A stretch of DNA of 64,000 nt from Aureliella sp. (GTDB lineage Bacteria > Planctomycetota > Planctomycetia > Pirellulales > Pirellulaceae). Numbering within the stretch: position 1 is the stretch's first letter; each line of letters opens with the position of its first letter. The DNA is taken from positions 2,368,001-2,432,000 of the forward strand of contig OY829846.1 in the NCBI GenBank assembly GCA_963691875.1, read 5' to 3'. The notes under the pieces are model-generated. The model was not told the DNA's origin. It did no database searches and worked only from the letters and a program-made list of their open reading frames with translations. This document shows, in pieces, positions 19,999-32,313 of this stretch. A program made the translations under genes and the position numbers.

Positions 19999-21495
19999 TT
20001 ATCGACGACTGTAAAGCTGAATTTCGTCACAGTCGATTGTTTCCTCAGCGGCTTCGATGCGTAGGATAACTTGCCATGGATCTCGTGAGTGATCACCAGA
20101 ACTCTTAGGCGTTTGGGCTTCGATGCTAAACTCCTGCCAAGCTGTTCCAGGCTGGACAGTCAGCTCTTGCACTAGCTCTTTCAACTCGTTTCGATATTGC
20201 TGATCGCGGAATTCAATTCGAAGTTTGGCTTTGGCGGAATTAGGAGATCTTAGTTTCATTTTGAAAGTGTAGGTATTTGATACTGTGGCTGGATTGGGCT
20301 GGTGTACTTGGGTGCCTTGCGGAAGATGCAAGTACCAATCCCCCTCTGCACTGTCGTCAGGAGCATGAATTCGCCGAGCACCATCCTGAGCATAGCGCCA
20401 GCCGAAACCGCCGAAGGGAGCCGCGTGTTCAAAACTGCCGTTGGCAACGTGGCCGCCGCGACCAAATCCATCCATGACATCCATTTCGCGAATGGGCCCC
20501 CAATCGGCGTTGATTGACTTAAGATGATTCACTAGCGTTTTCGCCATGCCAGCATGATCGTATTCACAACCATGCCACTCATTGAAGAGCCACGGAAATA
20601 CGACTCGAGAAGAATTCTCATCTCCAAATTCTTCAAGCACTTCGCTGGTGTAGTTGGCTGTCTCTTTTCGATCCCAGCCGTATCCATTCATCACAACGAT
20701 GTGCGAATCACGATGGACGCTCCTCAGTTCGCGTAGCAAAGTCAAATAGTTTCGTTTTATCTCAGTCTTATCTCTGCGATTGATATCGTTCGCACCAACA
20801 TTCAGCACCACAATGTCGACAACGAAGCGTGAGAAATCCCAACTTGGCTCGTCTTCGTAGTAATCATTCTTACCCATAAATGCGAGAACTGAATTCTGTT
20901 GCCCAAGAATCGTAGCACCGCCGACAGAAATATTCTGGTACTCGGCGTCAAGCATACGGGATGCGATGCCTGCAAATGTGAAGTGACATCCCGCGAACTC
21001 AGGTGCACCCTCATTCTTTTCGTGCCCTAATGAGTGGCCGGACAGGTTTGAATCGCCGTAGAATTGAATCCTGATCCGTTGTTCTTCGTTTTCGACAGGG
21101 AGCAGCTTACCGCCTTCCGCGCTAACGCCATGAAGGCGAAGCTTGCCCCGATGAGCATAAGTTTCTTTGACCACTTCGACCAAGTGCTTGCCGTGGCCGA
21201 GCTTTTGAGCCAGCACATACTCATGCTTTCCAGGCTTGAGCTTCAGCTTCTTTGAATTGACGTGATCTCCGTCGACGATCACCCTCAAGTACTCGACAGC
21301 ATCGCTCTCCAACTCAGCGAAAACACCACTTCCTTCAAAGGCTGCTAGAAAAGACGAGCCTTGCCAGGCACACCAAGGAGCTTCGTGTTTCTCGAGTACC
21401 CAGCGGCCCGTGAATCGCACATCCGGCTCAGTCGTATCAGCACGCAGACTGGTAGCAAATAGAATGAGGAATGCAATCGAACACTTGAAAATCAT
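19999..21495 (-). CDS. Secreted SGNH/GDSL esterase (CE2-like N-terminal domain) with a C-terminal carbohydrate-binding-module-like domain
   Basis: Signal peptide; VRFTGRW..., FYGDS, NVGAND, EWH; C-terminal domain begins NGSFE. Confidence 0.75.
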   Translation of the reverse strand: MIFKCSIAFLILFATSLRADTTEPDVRFTGRWVLEKHEAPWCAWQGSSFLAAFEGSGVFAELESDAVEYLRVIVDGDHVNSKKLKLKPGKHEYVLAQKLGHGKHLVEVVKETYAHRGKLRLHGVSAEGGKLLPVENEEQRIRIQFYGDSNLSGHSLGHEKNEGAPEFAGCHFTFAGIASRMLDAEYQNISVGGATILGQQNSVLAFMGKNDYYEDEPSWDFSRFVVDIVVLNVGANDINRRDKTEIKRNYLTLLRELRSVHRDSHIVVMNGYGWDRKETANYTSEVLEEFGDENSSRVVFPWLFNEWHGCEYDHAGMAKTLVNHLKSINADWGPIREMDVMDGFGRGGHVANGSFEHAAPFGGFGWRYAQDGARRIHAPDDSAEGDWYLHLPQGTQVHQPNPATVSNTYTFKMKLRSPNSAKAKLRIEFRDQQYRNELKELVQELTVQPGTAWQEFSIEAQTPKSSGDHSRDPWQVILRIEAAEETIDCDEIQLYSRR

Positions 21496-21677
21496 AGCGC
21501 ACCGAATTCTGTAGTGGACTTTGCCATAAGTCCCGTCACTAAACGTGTGGTCGCATTGTAGGAGGAATTCTGGCGAATCCCACTACGATACGCTTGCTCT
21601 GCTGTATTCTATATTCTGTGACCGATGACGCGCTCCGCTGCACTTTTGAAACGGATCTCGCCTGGAGATCATCTCAT

Positions 21678-22865
21678 ATGACTCGACGAGAAAAAATCAC
21701 CTGCCTTCTCTCTTGCGTTTTGCCACTACTGGTGTGTCCGGGCAAGGCTGGGGCTCAGAGTGTCGAATCGGTCAAGAAGCCGCAGCTGGTTCTCGCTCAC
21801 TATATGCCTTGGTACACGGCAAAACCTTTTTCCGATCACTGGGGCTGGCACTGGACGATGGATCATTTCGCTCCAGACAAGGAGACTGACGGCAAGCGAC
21901 AGATCGCCTCCAAATTTTATCCGATCATCGGCCCCTATGATTCGTGCGATCCCGATGTACTGGAATATCACCTGTTGTTGATGAAGCTAGCGGGTATCGA
22001 CGGAGTCATCGTGGACTGGTACGGGCTGACTAGTCATCGTGATTACGCCATTTTGCACCGAAACACGACGCGGCTGCTTCAGCAATGCGAGCGACTCAAA
22101 ATGAAGTTTGTCATTTGCTACGAAGATCAGACGATTCCGGCTTTGGTCGATGGCAAGCGAATCACAAAAGGGAATCAGGTCTCTCACGCGGTGGGAGAGA
22201 TCAATTGGCTAGGCAAGTATTGGTTCAAGTCTGGTGCTTACGTCAAGCTCAGCGGAGAGCCGGTTTTACTTTCGTTCGGGCATGCAGGACTCTCCAGGCA
22301 AGAGTGGAAAGCATGTTTATCAAGGCTCGATTCTCCAGTGGCTTACTTCAGCCAAGATATTCGTCGCGACGGCGCTGTAGGTGGATTTGGCTGGCCAGCT
22401 CCGAAAGTGGGAATGCGACAGGTGGACCATTTTCTTCAGCAGTCCGCCAAGTGGCCAGCCAGAATCCCCGCCGCATTCCCTCGTTTCGAGGATATCTACA
22501 AGCAAGCGGGTATAAGCGAGGGCTATCCAGTTCTGCCCGATAACAGCGGACGAACTCTCACGGATACTCTGCAGAAAGCCATCCATTCGAAAGCTCCGAT
22601 TATTCAGATCGCAACCTGGAACGACTGGGGCGAAGGTACGCAGATCGAACCTAGTCGCGAACATGGTTACAGGGATCTGCAACTCATTCGAAGAACCTTG
22701 CACAGCGAGTACCCTGATACCATGCCAAAAGATTTCCTCCTTCCCAAACGATTGCTTGACGCTCGCCGCAGTGGCCTCGAGAAGAAAAAAGCCGATTCCA
22801 TTGCAAATGCAATTTTTGCTGGCGAGCTGAAGCTGGCAAAGAGTCTATTGGACGAACCAACCTGA
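21678..22865 (+). CDS. Glycoside hydrolase, GH99/GH71-like
   Basis: VLAHYMPWY, P.IGPYDS.DP, AGIDG.IVDWY, ATWNDWGEGTQIEP; ATG at 21678 after GGAGA; signal peptide. Confidence 0.8.
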   Translation: MTRREKITCLLSCVLPLLVCPGKAGAQSVESVKKPQLVLAHYMPWYTAKPFSDHWGWHWTMDHFAPDKETDGKRQIASKFYPIIGPYDSCDPDVLEYHLLLMKLAGIDGVIVDWYGLTSHRDYAILHRNTTRLLQQCERLKMKFVICYEDQTIPALVDGKRITKGNQVSHAVGEINWLGKYWFKSGAYVKLSGEPVLLSFGHAGLSRQEWKACLSRLDSPVAYFSQDIRRDGAVGGFGWPAPKVGMRQVDHFLQQSAKWPARIPAAFPRFEDIYKQAGISEGYPVLPDNSGRTLTDTLQKAIHSKAPIIQIATWNDWGEGTQIEPSREHGYRDLQLIRRTLHSEYPDTMPKDFLLPKRLLDARRSGLEKKKADSIANAIFAGELKLAKSLLDEPT

Positions 22866-23305
22866 ATCAGCTCTTCGCACCGCTTATTTCGTTCTTCACG
22901 GTCAACGCTTGGGAAGACGAATCATAGAGCGCGAGGTATGCGAAAGGTGAGAAAGAAAATATGAGGGGCAAGGCACGAGCTCTCGTCACCGCGACTTTGC
23001 GTCCTCGCGCGTGGCCCGAGGGGTTTTGGGCCATTTTGCTGCCAACTCATGGGAACCTGGACAGCAAGGAGAGAAGCCGAAAGTCTTGACAACTTCCGCT
23101 ATCTCAACCAACGCGAAGAACCGCTATGGGGGAATATAGGCAAGTGACTGGATTGACAATCGCGAGAGTATGGGCTGCTTAAGCCTGCTATCCAAAAGGA
23201 AAAGTGGGGATCTCAGGCACAAAACGTGCCAAATGGGGGAAATTGCGTCACTGCAGGCTTTGGGCCAAACCCGCGAATAATCGAAAATTCGAGTCTTACT
23301 TGGGT

Positions 23306-23334
23306 TTGTCAGTTGTCGACAGGTCGGATATATT
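23306..23334 (+). promoter_or_regulatory. Candidate sigma70 promoter for rpoBC
   Basis: TTGTCA, 17 nt spacer, TATATT; about 370 nt upstream of rpoB. Confidence 0.45.
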
Positions 23335-23705
23335 TTCTCATCGCATGTCGGTCAGCTCACATCTCACCCCAAATCTCTTTCTTCTGCGCACTCGGCGTCA
23401 GGAAAACCGTCTAAAGTTGCGCAACCACTTTGGAACTGCAGAGGACGGTGGTTCTCCAGTTTCGCTACGGCGGGGTCGGTGTACGTGAACTATCGATGTG
23501 GGACTCGGCGTCTAGGTCGTTAACTGACCGAATGCAAACCTAGTTGAAGAATGCGTGGGATCGCTGCCTGTGCAACTGAGTCCTGAGTTTGATCGATGCG
23601 AAAAAAGAAGACAAACGAGTAAACGACTGATTGGTTTCACCGCGACTCCAATGGCAATTGGAGTTATCGGTCAATTAGCAGCCTCATTAGGAGTACGTAA
23701 CGTCC

Positions 23706-26700
23706 ATGGCCACACCTTCAACACGACGTTTAGAACCAACGGATGTACGCAGATTCGGTTCTGGTCTCGACGGACTAGCGATTCCGAGCCTAACGGATTT
23801 GCAAACCAAGAGCTACGCCGCTTTTCTGCAAGAAGAGTCCGGTTCTGAAAATCGCAATAACTTGGGTTTGGAGTCCGTCTTTCAAGAGATCTTTCCGATC
23901 GAAAGCTATGACAAGACGGTGAGCTTGGAGTACTTGCGCTTCGAACTCGGCAAGCCGCGGTACACGCCAGCTGAATGCCGTCAGCTGCGTCTGACTTACG
24001 GCAAACCCATGAAGGTCTGGTTGCGTCTGAATCGCGAGCAGCCGATCGAAGAAGAAGTCTACCTTGGCGATATTCCAATTATGCTTGGCGGTGGTGAGTT
24101 CATCATCAACGGTGCTGAGCGTGTGGTGGTCAGCCAGTTGCACCGAAGCCCTGGTGTCGATTTCGTGGAAGAAACCGAAACCACGACCGATCGTAAGCTA
24201 CCAAGCTGCCGGGTAATTCCTGAGCGTGGTAGTTGGATCGAAGTCAACATCACCAAGAAGGACAGTCTGAGCGTCCGTATCGACCAGAGCGGTAAGTTCT
24301 CTGTGATGACTTTGTTGCGCGCGATGAGCCCCGAGCACAGCACCGACCGCGACTTGCTGAATGTCTTCTACGATGTGAAGACCGAGAAGGTCGTCGATGG
24401 TCGTAGCGCGGCGAAGCTAGAGGGCAAAGTTGCTGCCGACGATATCGTTTACCCGAGCGATTCCGAGCGAGCTGGCGAAGTCATCCTCGAAGCGGGCAAC
24501 AAGATCTCTGGCGATCTCGCCGAATTGATCTGTACTTCGGGTGTCGGTGAAGTCGACGTGATGGAAGCTCCGAAGACTCCATTGGTCACTAATGCGTTGG
24601 CGGAAGACAACACCAGCAGCCACGAAGAAGCGTTGCTGAGAATCTACCAGCGTTTGCGTCCTGGTAATCCACCACAACTCGAAAAAGCTCGCACTCTCTT
24701 TCACGAGAAATTCTTCGACGTCAATCGATATCGCCTCGGCCGTGTCGGTCGCTTCCGCCTGAACCGAAAGCTTGGTCTAGCGGTAGACGAAAATGAAATG
24801 ACTTTGCGTCCAGAAGATTTGATCGCCTCGATCAAGTACATGATCGATTTGTTCGATCCAGATTCCGGCGCGATGTTCGACGACATTGACCACTTGGGCA
24901 ACCGTCGCCTGCGAACGATCGACGAGTTGGCTTGTGAGGAATTGCGAAAAGGATTCTTAAAGCTGCGTCGTACAGTCCAAGAGCGCATGAGCCTCAAGGA
25001 AGCTGATGAGATGTCTCCCCGCAGCTTGGTCAATCCCAAGAGTATCAGTGCGGCGATCGAGTACTTCTTCGGACGCGGTGAACTCTCCCAGGTTGTTGAC
25101 CAGACGAACCCGCTCAGTCAACTGACTCACGAGCGTCGCTTGTCGGCGCTCGGCCCCGGTGGTTTGAATCGAAAACGAGCTGGCTTCGAAGTGCGCGACG
25201 TTCACATTTCGCACTACGGTCGAATCTGCCCAATTGAAACGCCTGAAGGTACTAACATTGGTTTGATCAGCTCGTTGGCGATCTACGCTGGTGTTGATGA
25301 CTACGGTTTCTTGATCACTCCTTACCGAGTCATCAAAAACGGTAAGCTCACTGACGAAGTGCAATGGCTGCGTGCTGACCAAGAAGCGGATGCATACATT
25401 TGCCCAGCCGACACCGAGGTCAAAGAAGGCTCGTTGGTCGCGGGGGCTAATTTGATCGCTCGCTATCACGCTGATTTCCAGATCGTCCAGCCTGATGAAG
25501 TTCAATATATGGACATCGCACCTAGCCAGATGGTTGGTGTTTCGGCTGGTTTGATTCCGTTCCTCGAGCATGACGATGCTAACCGAGCTTTGATGGGCTC
25601 GAACATGCAGCGGCAAGCCGTTCCTTTGCTCGTTGCCGAACCACCGATCGTCGGCACTGGCATGGAGCGTGAAGTCGCAACCAACAGTGCGATGGTCATC
25701 CGAGCCGAGCGAGCCGGTACGGTTAAGTATTGTGACGCGACGCGAATTGAAGTTGGCTCTGACGTTTACGAACTCAAAAAGTACCAAGGGCTCAACGAGC
25801 GTACTTGCCTCAACCAGAAACCGATCATTAATGTCGGCGACAAAGTCGAGAAGGGTCAAGTGCTCGCCGATGGTGCGGCAACCTACAAGGGTGAACTCGC
25901 TCTGGGTAGGAACGTGCTTGTAGGCTTCATGTCGTACGACGGATACAACTACGAGGATGCGATCATCATCTCGGAAGAATTGGTGCGAGCTGACACTTAC
26001 ACATCGATTCACATCGAAGACTTTGATGTAGAAATCCGTGAAACCAAGCTAGGCCGCGAAGAGTTCACTCGTGATATCCCGAATGTTTCCGAGAAGGCTT
26101 TGGCCAACTTGGATGAAACGGGCATCGTGCAAGTTGGAACTTACGTGCGGCCTGGAGATATCCTGGTCGGTAAGGTTTCGCCGAAAAGCAAGACGGAGCT
26201 GACTCCGGAAGAAAAACTTCTCCACGCGATTTTTGGTCGTGCGGGAGAAGACGTGAAGAACGACTCACTGGAAGTTCCGTCCGGCATCGAAGGTATCGTG
26301 ATCGATACTCAGAAGTTCAGCCGTCGCATGAGCTTGTCGGATGACGAGCGTAAGGTATTCGAGAACCAGCTGAAGGAAATCGAAGGCGAAGGTAACGCCG
26401 AGATTTCCGCCGCCTTCACGACTTTCGTCGAAGAGATGGAAAAGGCAATTGGTTCGAAGCTAACCGACGACGACGGAACTCCTCTCGCGGGTGACCAAGA
26501 TCCGAAGTTCGTTGCTGAGAATGCCCAGACCTTCAACTTATCGCGTTTGATGAACAAGCACGACGAGAAGTACCACGCGGATATGCGTAAAGTTTACAAG
26601 CAGCACTGGGCGAGCGTTGAAGAAACGATCGATGTCCGTGACCGCAAGCTGAATAGCATGAAGCGTGGTGACGAGCTGCGAAGTGGTGTTCTTCAAATGG

Positions 26701-27425
26701 TGAAAGTCTACATCGCTACGAAGCGAACAATCAGCGTCGGTGACAAGATGGCCGGTCGTCACGGTAACAAGGGTGTTATCTCGAAAGTACTTCCGATCGC
26801 TGACATGCCCCACTTACCAGATGGTACGCCACTTCAAATCATGCTCAACCCACTCGGTGTACCTAGCCGTATGAATGTGGGACAGATCTTGGAGACGCAC
26901 CTAGGATGGGCCGGTGCAAAACTTGGCTTCCAATCCATCACCCCAGTCTTCGACGGTGCGAAGGAAGAGGACATCAACAACTGCTTGGACGAAGCAGGAT
27001 TGCCTCGCCACGGCAAGATTCGGTTGATCGACGGTCGTACGGGCGAGCCGATGGAGCAAGAGACGACGGTTGGCTACATCTACATGCTCAAACTCCACCA
27101 CCTGGTGGACGACAAGGTACACGCTAGAAGCACCGGACCTTACTCCTTGATTACCCAACAGCCTCTCGGCGGAAAGGCTCGCTTTGGCGGCCAGCGCTTC
27201 GGGGAGATGGAAGTTTGGGCTCTCGAGGCGTACGGCGCCGCTTACATCTTGCAAGAATTGCTGACGGTGAAGAGCGATGATGTCGAAGGCCGAACCAAGA
27301 TTTACGAGTCGATGGTCAAGGGTGAGAACACCTTGGAGGCTGGTACGCCTGCTAGCTTCGACGTTTTGACCAACGAGATCCGAGGCTTAGGACTGAACAT
27401 GCGTTTGGAAAAACGCAAACTGTAA
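23706..27425 (+). CDS. rpoB: RNA polymerase beta subunit
   Basis: [61 protein letters not shown]. Confidence 0.99.
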   Translation: MATPSTRRLEPTDVRRFGSGLDGLAIPSLTDLQTKSYAAFLQEESGSENRNNLGLESVFQEIFPIESYDKTVSLEYLRFELGKPRYTPAECRQLRLTYGKPMKVWLRLNREQPIEEEVYLGDIPIMLGGGEFIINGAERVVVSQLHRSPGVDFVEETETTTDRKLPSCRVIPERGSWIEVNITKKDSLSVRIDQSGKFSVMTLLRAMSPEHSTDRDLLNVFYDVKTEKVVDGRSAAKLEGKVAADDIVYPSDSERAGEVILEAGNKISGDLAELICTSGVGEVDVMEAPKTPLVTNALAEDNTSSHEEALLRIYQRLRPGNPPQLEKARTLFHEKFFDVNRYRLGRVGRFRLNRKLGLAVDENEMTLRPEDLIASIKYMIDLFDPDSGAMFDDIDHLGNRRLRTIDELACEELRKGFLKLRRTVQERMSLKEADEMSPRSLVNPKSISAAIEYFFGRGELSQVVDQTNPLSQLTHERRLSALGPGGLNRKRAGFEVRDVHISHYGRICPIETPEGTNIGLISSLAIYAGVDDYGFLITPYRVIKNGKLTDEVQWLRADQEADAYICPADTEVKEGSLVAGANLIARYHADFQIVQPDEVQYMDIAPSQMVGVSAGLIPFLEHDDANRALMGSNMQRQAVPLLVAEPPIVGTGMEREVATNSAMVIRAERAGTVKYCDATRIEVGSDVYELKKYQGLNERTCLNQKPIINVGDKVEKGQVLADGAATYKGELALGRNVLVGFMSYDGYNYEDAIIISEELVRADTYTSIHIEDFDVEIRETKLGREEFTRDIPNVSEKALANLDETGIVQVGTYVRPGDILVGKVSPKSKTELTPEEKLLHAIFGRAGEDVKNDSLEVPSGIEGIVIDTQKFSRRMSLSDDERKVFENQLKEIEGEGNAEISAAFTTFVEEMEKAIGSKLTDDDGTPLAGDQDPKFVAENAQTFNLSRLMNKHDEKYHADMRKVYKQHWASVEETIDVRDRKLNSMKRGDELRSGVLQMVKVYIATKRTISVGDKMAGRHGNKGVISKVLPIADMPHLPDGTPLQIMLNPLGVPSRMNVGQILETHLGWAGAKLGFQSITPVFDGAKEEDINNCLDEAGLPRHGKIRLIDGRTGEPMEQETTVGYIYMLKLHHLVDDKVHARSTGPYSLITQQPLGGKARFGGQRFGEMEVWALEAYGAAYILQELLTVKSDDVEGRTKIYESMVKGENTLEAGTPASFDVLTNEIRGLGLNMRLEKRKL

Positions 27426-27621
27426 TCAAAGTCGATCATTTGCAGCGAGATCGCCGGGGAGCGTCGTTCTCGCTTTGCTGCCGGGGCATTCCCGACAGAT
27501 GCTCCCAACCATCAAACACAAAGATACAACAATAAAAGTTAGGTCGCTCATGTGAGCCGAGTTTGGTCAGGATCGCCAAACTGACTCCATGAACCTATCC
27601 AGATAGCCAGGAGCCGCGTTC

Positions 27622-30600
27622 ATGTCGACAGCTGAAACCGCCAGTTACGATCGCGTCAATGATTTCACTTCCGTCAAGATTAGCTTGGCCCGTCCACAGG
27701 ACATCCGCAGCTGGTCGTTTGGTGAAGTCAAGAAGCCAGAAACGATCAACTACCGAACTTATCGCCCAGAGAAGGACGGTTTGTTCTGTGAGCGAATCTT
27801 TGGACCAGAGAAGGACTGGGAATGTGCATGCGGCAAGTACCGCGGCATGAAGTACAAGGGAATGATCTGCGATCGTTGTGGCGTAAAGGTCACACACTCG
27901 CGCGTTCGTCGTAAGCGCATGGGCCACATTGAGCTGGCTGCGCCGATCGTTCACATCTGGTTCTTCAAAGCTATGCCTAGCCGCCTGGGTGCATTGCTTG
28001 GCATGAAGACTTCCAGTCTTGAGAAAATCATCTATTTCCAAGACTACGTCGTTTTGGATCCAAAAGAAACAGAACTTCAGAAGCTCGCCCTGATGAGCGA
28101 AGCAGAGTACCGCGAAGCACGCCAACAATACGGAGACGGAGCTTTCGAAGCAGCCATGGGTGCTGAAGCAATCCGCACTCTGCTCACCGATTTGGATCTG
28201 ACAGCCTTGGGTGAAACACTTCGCAAAGAACTCTCAGAAACGAAGAGCAAGCAGAAGAAGAAGGATCTAAGCACCCGTCTGAAGCTCGTCGAAGCAATCC
28301 GAGACAGCGACAACCGTCCTGAGTGGATGGTCCTGGACGTGATCCCGGTGATTCCTCCGGACTTGCGACCACTGGTCCTGTTGGACAGTGGCAACTTCGC
28401 GACCAGCGACCTGAATGACCTGTATCGTCGGATCATCAACCGGAACAACCGTTTGCGCAAGCTGGTTGACCTGAACGCACCAGAAGTCATCATTCGTAAC
28501 GAAAAGCGAATGTTGCAGCAATCTGTCGACGCTCTGTTCGACAACAACCGCTGCAAGCGTCCTGTACTTGGCTCTAGCAACCGACCGCTGAAGTCCTTGA
28601 CCGATATGATCAAGGGTAAGCAGGGGCGTTTCCGTGAAAACCTGCTCGGTAAGCGCGTCGACTACTCGGCACGTAGTGTGATCGTTGTTGGGCCTCGCCT
28701 ACGTCTGCACCAGTGTGGTCTTCCGAAGAAGATCGCTTTGGAACTCTACCAGCCATTCATCATTCGTAAGCTCAAGGATCTTGGTCACGCTGACACGATC
28801 AAGTCCGCGAAGAAAATGCTGGAGCGGAAGGACGAAGAAGTTTGGGACATTCTCGAGCAAGTGATTCGCAATCATCCAGTATTGCTCAACCGAGCACCAA
28901 CCTTGCACCGGATGGGTATTCAAGCCTTTGAACCGAACTTGGTAGAGGGCAACGCGATCCACCTGCACCCGTTGGTTTGCAAAGGCTTCAACGCTGACTT
29001 CGACGGCGACCAGATGGCGGTTCACTTGCCGCTTTCCCTGGAAGCACAAGTCGAAGCTCACACGTTGATGATGAGCACGCACAACATCTTCGCACCAAGT
29101 AATGGGCGCCCGATCATGAGTCCTTCGCAGGACACGGTCATGGGTTGTTACTTTATCACCATCGAAAAGCCCGCAATGAAGGGCGAGGGAATGGTGTTTT
29201 CGTCGATGGCAGAAGCGGATTTGGCTTTCAACCAAGGCGTCATTCACTTGCACGCACGCATCAAAGTGCGATTGCCGAAGCACCGCCGTCTGAAGACAGA
29301 AGAAGGTACTGCGAAGTTTGGCGACTTGATCGAAACCACCTACGGTCGTGTCATGTTCAACATGATGCTCCCGGACGGCTTGGACTACTACAACTTCGCG
29401 CTTCGAGGCAGTGACTTGGCGTCGGTCATTAGTGACTGTTACCAGCGATTGGGACGTCGAGCGACGATTAATCTGCTCGACGATATGAATCAACTTGGCT
29501 TCCGCGAGTCGACTAGAAGTGGTTTGTCTTTCGGCACTGATGACTTGGTTACGCCGGACTCGAAATTCACCTTCATTTCCGCCACTGAAAAGGAAGTGAT
29601 GAAGCTGAAGAAGAGTCACGACCGTGGTTTGATGACAGCTCAAGAGCGTTATCGTTCGGTACTCGACCTTTGGACGCACGCTCGGGAGAACATCAGCCGC
29701 GATATGATGCAGGCGATGGAGCATGATGAGCACTTGGGTGCTTGGTATGTGAACCCTGTATTCTTGATGGCTCACTCCGGTGCTCGTGGTGGTATCGAGC
29801 AGATTCGGCAGCTGGCTGGCATGCGGGGTCTGATGGCCAAGCCAACAGGTGAAATCATTGAGACGCCAATTAAGGCTAACTTCCGTGAAGGATTGACCGT
29901 ACTTGAGTACTTTTCTTCCACGCACGGTGCTCGAAAGGGCTTGGCCGATACGGCACTCAAGACCGCTGACTCCGGTTACTTGACTCGTAAACTTGCTGAC
30001 GTTGCCCAAAACGTGGTTATCACGATGGACGATTGTGGCACCACGCAAGGTATCACCAAGGGTGTTGTTTACCGCGGCGAGAAAGTCGAAGTCCGTTTGG
30101 TCGATTCGATCAATGGTCGTGTCTCGCGGCAAAACATCGTCAATCCGATTACGGACGAAGTGATCGTCAAAGAAAATCAGATGATCGATCGCGAGATCGC
30201 TCGTAAGATCGAGGAAATGGGCTTGGAGAAGATCCAAGTTCGCAGCCCAATGACATGCGATGCATCGCTTGGTGTTTGCCGCAAGTGCTACGGCATGGAC
30301 ATGTCGACTGGTGCCGAAGTAGAAGAAGGCATGGCGGTTGGTATCATCGCTGCCCAGTCGATCGGTGAACCTGGTACTCAATTGACTATGCGTACATTCC
30401 ACATTGGTGGTGCGGTGAACACCTCGGTCGAAGAGGCCGACGTCAAAGCCAAGCGAGGTGGTCGCGTGAAGTTCGCGAAGATGCGGACTGTAACTAACCA
30501 AGAAGGCGTTCAGATCGTTCTGACTCGGAACAGTGAAATTGTCTTGCTCGATCCAAAGGGTCGTGAAATCGAGAAGTTTGATGTTCCCGCCGCTGCTATG

Positions 30601-32259
30601 CTGAAAGTCGCTGAAGACGATGAAGCAGCACCAGGTCAGGTTCTCTGCGAATGGAACCCTCACAAAATCCCAATCATCTGTGAGGTCGGCGGTAAGGTTC
30701 GCTTCGATGATGTTGTCGAAGGCGAAACCATGCGTCTGGAGCGCGATCCAGGCGGTGGACTTCGTCAGCAAATTGTCGATCACAAGGGTGAGCTGCACCC
30801 TCAGATCGTGGTTGAAGACGAAGATGGTAAGCCACTCGACGTTTACTACTTACCAGAACGTGCGGAAATTAGTACTCAGGAAGGAACCATCGTCACTGCT
30901 GGTACCGAGCTAGCTCAGATGCCGCGTGAATCAAAGGGAGTTGCCGACATCACCGGTGGTCTGCCTCGAGTCACGGAAATTTTCGAAGCTCGTAAGCCGA
31001 AAGATCCTGCGGTCGTCGCCGAAGTCGACGGTATCGTTGAACTGCAGCAAACTCGGAAACGCGGCAAGCGAACCATCTTGGTTCGCACCGACAGTGGTGC
31101 GGAGCACGAACACTTGGTTCCGCACGGAAAGCGATTCTTGGTTCACACTGGTGACGAAGTCAAGGCGGGCCAAGCTCTGGTCGATGGGCCGTTGGTACCA
31201 CACGACATCTTACGCGTGAGTGGTGAAGAAGCTGTTCAGCAGTATCTGACTCACGAGATTCAGCAGGTCTATCGATCCCAGCGTGTAGAAATCAACGATA
31301 AACACGTCGAAGTCATCATCGCTCGCATGCTGCGAAAGGTGAAGATTGAAACACCTGGCGATACTTCCCTGCTGCCAGGCCTTGTGATGGACAAGTTCGA
31401 ATTCCGCCGTGTGAACGACGAACTCGCAAACTGCTTGAAGGTTTCGGAGCCCGGCGATAGTGACTACGCTGTCGACACCTTGGTTCCGAAGGAATCCTTT
31501 GAGCAAACCAATTTGCAGATCGAAGGCCTGGGCGGAAATCCAGCTAAGGGCAAGAAGCCGAAGCCAGCGACCGCTAGCACTCAGTTGCTCGGTATCACGA
31601 AGGCATCGGTTCAAAGCTCCAGCTTCATTTCAGCAGCGAGCTTCCAAGAAACCACCAAGGTACTGACTGAAGCCGCGTTGGCCGGTAAAGTCGACAAGCT
31701 GGTTGGTCTCAAAGAGAACGTTATCCTTGGTCACCTTATTCCTGCCGGTACTGGATTCCGGACTTTCCAAGAATCGGAAGTATCCTACCGCCGGGAAGCT
31801 CTGGAAGACTTGGTCAACCGTGGTTCAGAAGCGATGGAAACCGAAAGTTTCACGCTATTGGACCAAAGTCCCTCATCAGAAGGTGCCGATCCAGCTCCTG
31901 GAGCGGGAGCCCCCGGTGCCGCTCCAAGCCTCGAAGCGTTGATTGGCGGAGGAGTTACACCGTTGGCAGACTCTCCGATCATGGACGCTCCAGCGGCTGA
32001 GCCAGCATCACCGTTGATGGACACTCAGATGGGAGCTTCTCCGCTTTCGGATGCTCCAGCTTTCGATGCTCCTCCCGTATCGCCTTTAGCTGACTCGCCG
32101 ACGCTTGAACCATCACCGTTGTCCGATCAACCAATCATGGATCCTGCACCGGCACCAGAGGTTGCTCCCGAGCCAACTCCGGAACCACCTGCGGCAGATA
32201 CACAGCCAATGGATACTCCACCAGCTTCTGACGTTCCTCCGGAACCACCAGCTGAGTAA
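27622..32259 (+). CDS. rpoC: RNA polymerase beta' subunit with a long Pro/acidic C-terminal extension
   Basis: Zinc-ribbon cysteines, catalytic [40 protein letters not shown]. Confidence 0.99.
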   Translation: MSTAETASYDRVNDFTSVKISLARPQDIRSWSFGEVKKPETINYRTYRPEKDGLFCERIFGPEKDWECACGKYRGMKYKGMICDRCGVKVTHSRVRRKRMGHIELAAPIVHIWFFKAMPSRLGALLGMKTSSLEKIIYFQDYVVLDPKETELQKLALMSEAEYREARQQYGDGAFEAAMGAEAIRTLLTDLDLTALGETLRKELSETKSKQKKKDLSTRLKLVEAIRDSDNRPEWMVLDVIPVIPPDLRPLVLLDSGNFATSDLNDLYRRIINRNNRLRKLVDLNAPEVIIRNEKRMLQQSVDALFDNNRCKRPVLGSSNRPLKSLTDMIKGKQGRFRENLLGKRVDYSARSVIVVGPRLRLHQCGLPKKIALELYQPFIIRKLKDLGHADTIKSAKKMLERKDEEVWDILEQVIRNHPVLLNRAPTLHRMGIQAFEPNLVEGNAIHLHPLVCKGFNADFDGDQMAVHLPLSLEAQVEAHTLMMSTHNIFAPSNGRPIMSPSQDTVMGCYFITIEKPAMKGEGMVFSSMAEADLAFNQGVIHLHARIKVRLPKHRRLKTEEGTAKFGDLIETTYGRVMFNMMLPDGLDYYNFALRGSDLASVISDCYQRLGRRATINLLDDMNQLGFRESTRSGLSFGTDDLVTPDSKFTFISATEKEVMKLKKSHDRGLMTAQERYRSVLDLWTHARENISRDMMQAMEHDEHLGAWYVNPVFLMAHSGARGGIEQIRQLAGMRGLMAKPTGEIIETPIKANFREGLTVLEYFSSTHGARKGLADTALKTADSGYLTRKLADVAQNVVITMDDCGTTQGITKGVVYRGEKVEVRLVDSINGRVSRQNIVNPITDEVIVKENQMIDREIARKIEEMGLEKIQVRSPMTCDASLGVCRKCYGMDMSTGAEVEEGMAVGIIAAQSIGEPGTQLTMRTFHIGGAVNTSVEEADVKAKRGGRVKFAKMRTVTNQEGVQIVLTRNSEIVLLDPKGREIEKFDVPAAAMLKVAEDDEAAPGQVLCEWNPHKIPIICEVGGKVRFDDVVEGETMRLERDPGGGLRQQIVDHKGELHPQIVVEDEDGKPLDVYYLPERAEISTQEGTIVTAGTELAQMPRESKGVADITGGLPRVTEIFEARKPKDPAVVAEVDGIVELQQTRKRGKRTILVRTDSGAEHEHLVPHGKRFLVHTGDEVKAGQALVDGPLVPHDILRVSGEEAVQQYLTHEIQQVYRSQRVEINDKHVEVIIARMLRKVKIETPGDTSLLPGLVMDKFEFRRVNDELANCLKVSEPGDSDYAVDTLVPKESFEQTNLQIEGLGGNPAKGKKPKPATASTQLLGITKASVQSSSFISAASFQETTKVLTEAALAGKVDKLVGLKENVILGHLIPAGTGFRTFQESEVSYRREALEDLVNRGSEAMETESFTLLDQSPSSEGADPAPGAGAPGAAPSLEALIGGGVTPLADSPIMDAPAAEPASPLMDTQMGASPLSDAPAFDAPPVSPLADSPTLEPSPLSDQPIMDPAPAPEVAPEPTPEPPAADTQPMDTPPASDVPPEPPAE
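31957..32214 (+). repeat. Degenerate peptide repeats (S/T/Q)-P-(L/I)-(A/M/S)-D in the RpoC tail
   Basis: [39 protein letters not shown]. Confidence 0.8.
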
Positions 32260-32284
32260 GACCTAGCGAAGTTGAAAATCCAAC

Positions 32285-32313
32285 AAAAGCCACTCTAACC
32301 AGAGTGGCTTTTT
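32285..32313 (+). terminator. Intrinsic terminator after rpoC (possibly bidirectional)
   Basis: AAAAGCCACTCT-AACC-AGAGTGGCTTTTT. Confidence 0.9.

Noticed and set aside
23153..23185. Perfect TTGACA upstream of rpoB
   Set aside because: No acceptable -10 hexamer at 16-19 nt spacing
28699..30798. 699-aa antisense ORF inside rpoC (also 24957..26012 in rpoB, 6848..7633, 16602..17255 and similar)
   Set aside because: Antisense shadows of conserved, codon-biased genes; no motifs of their own
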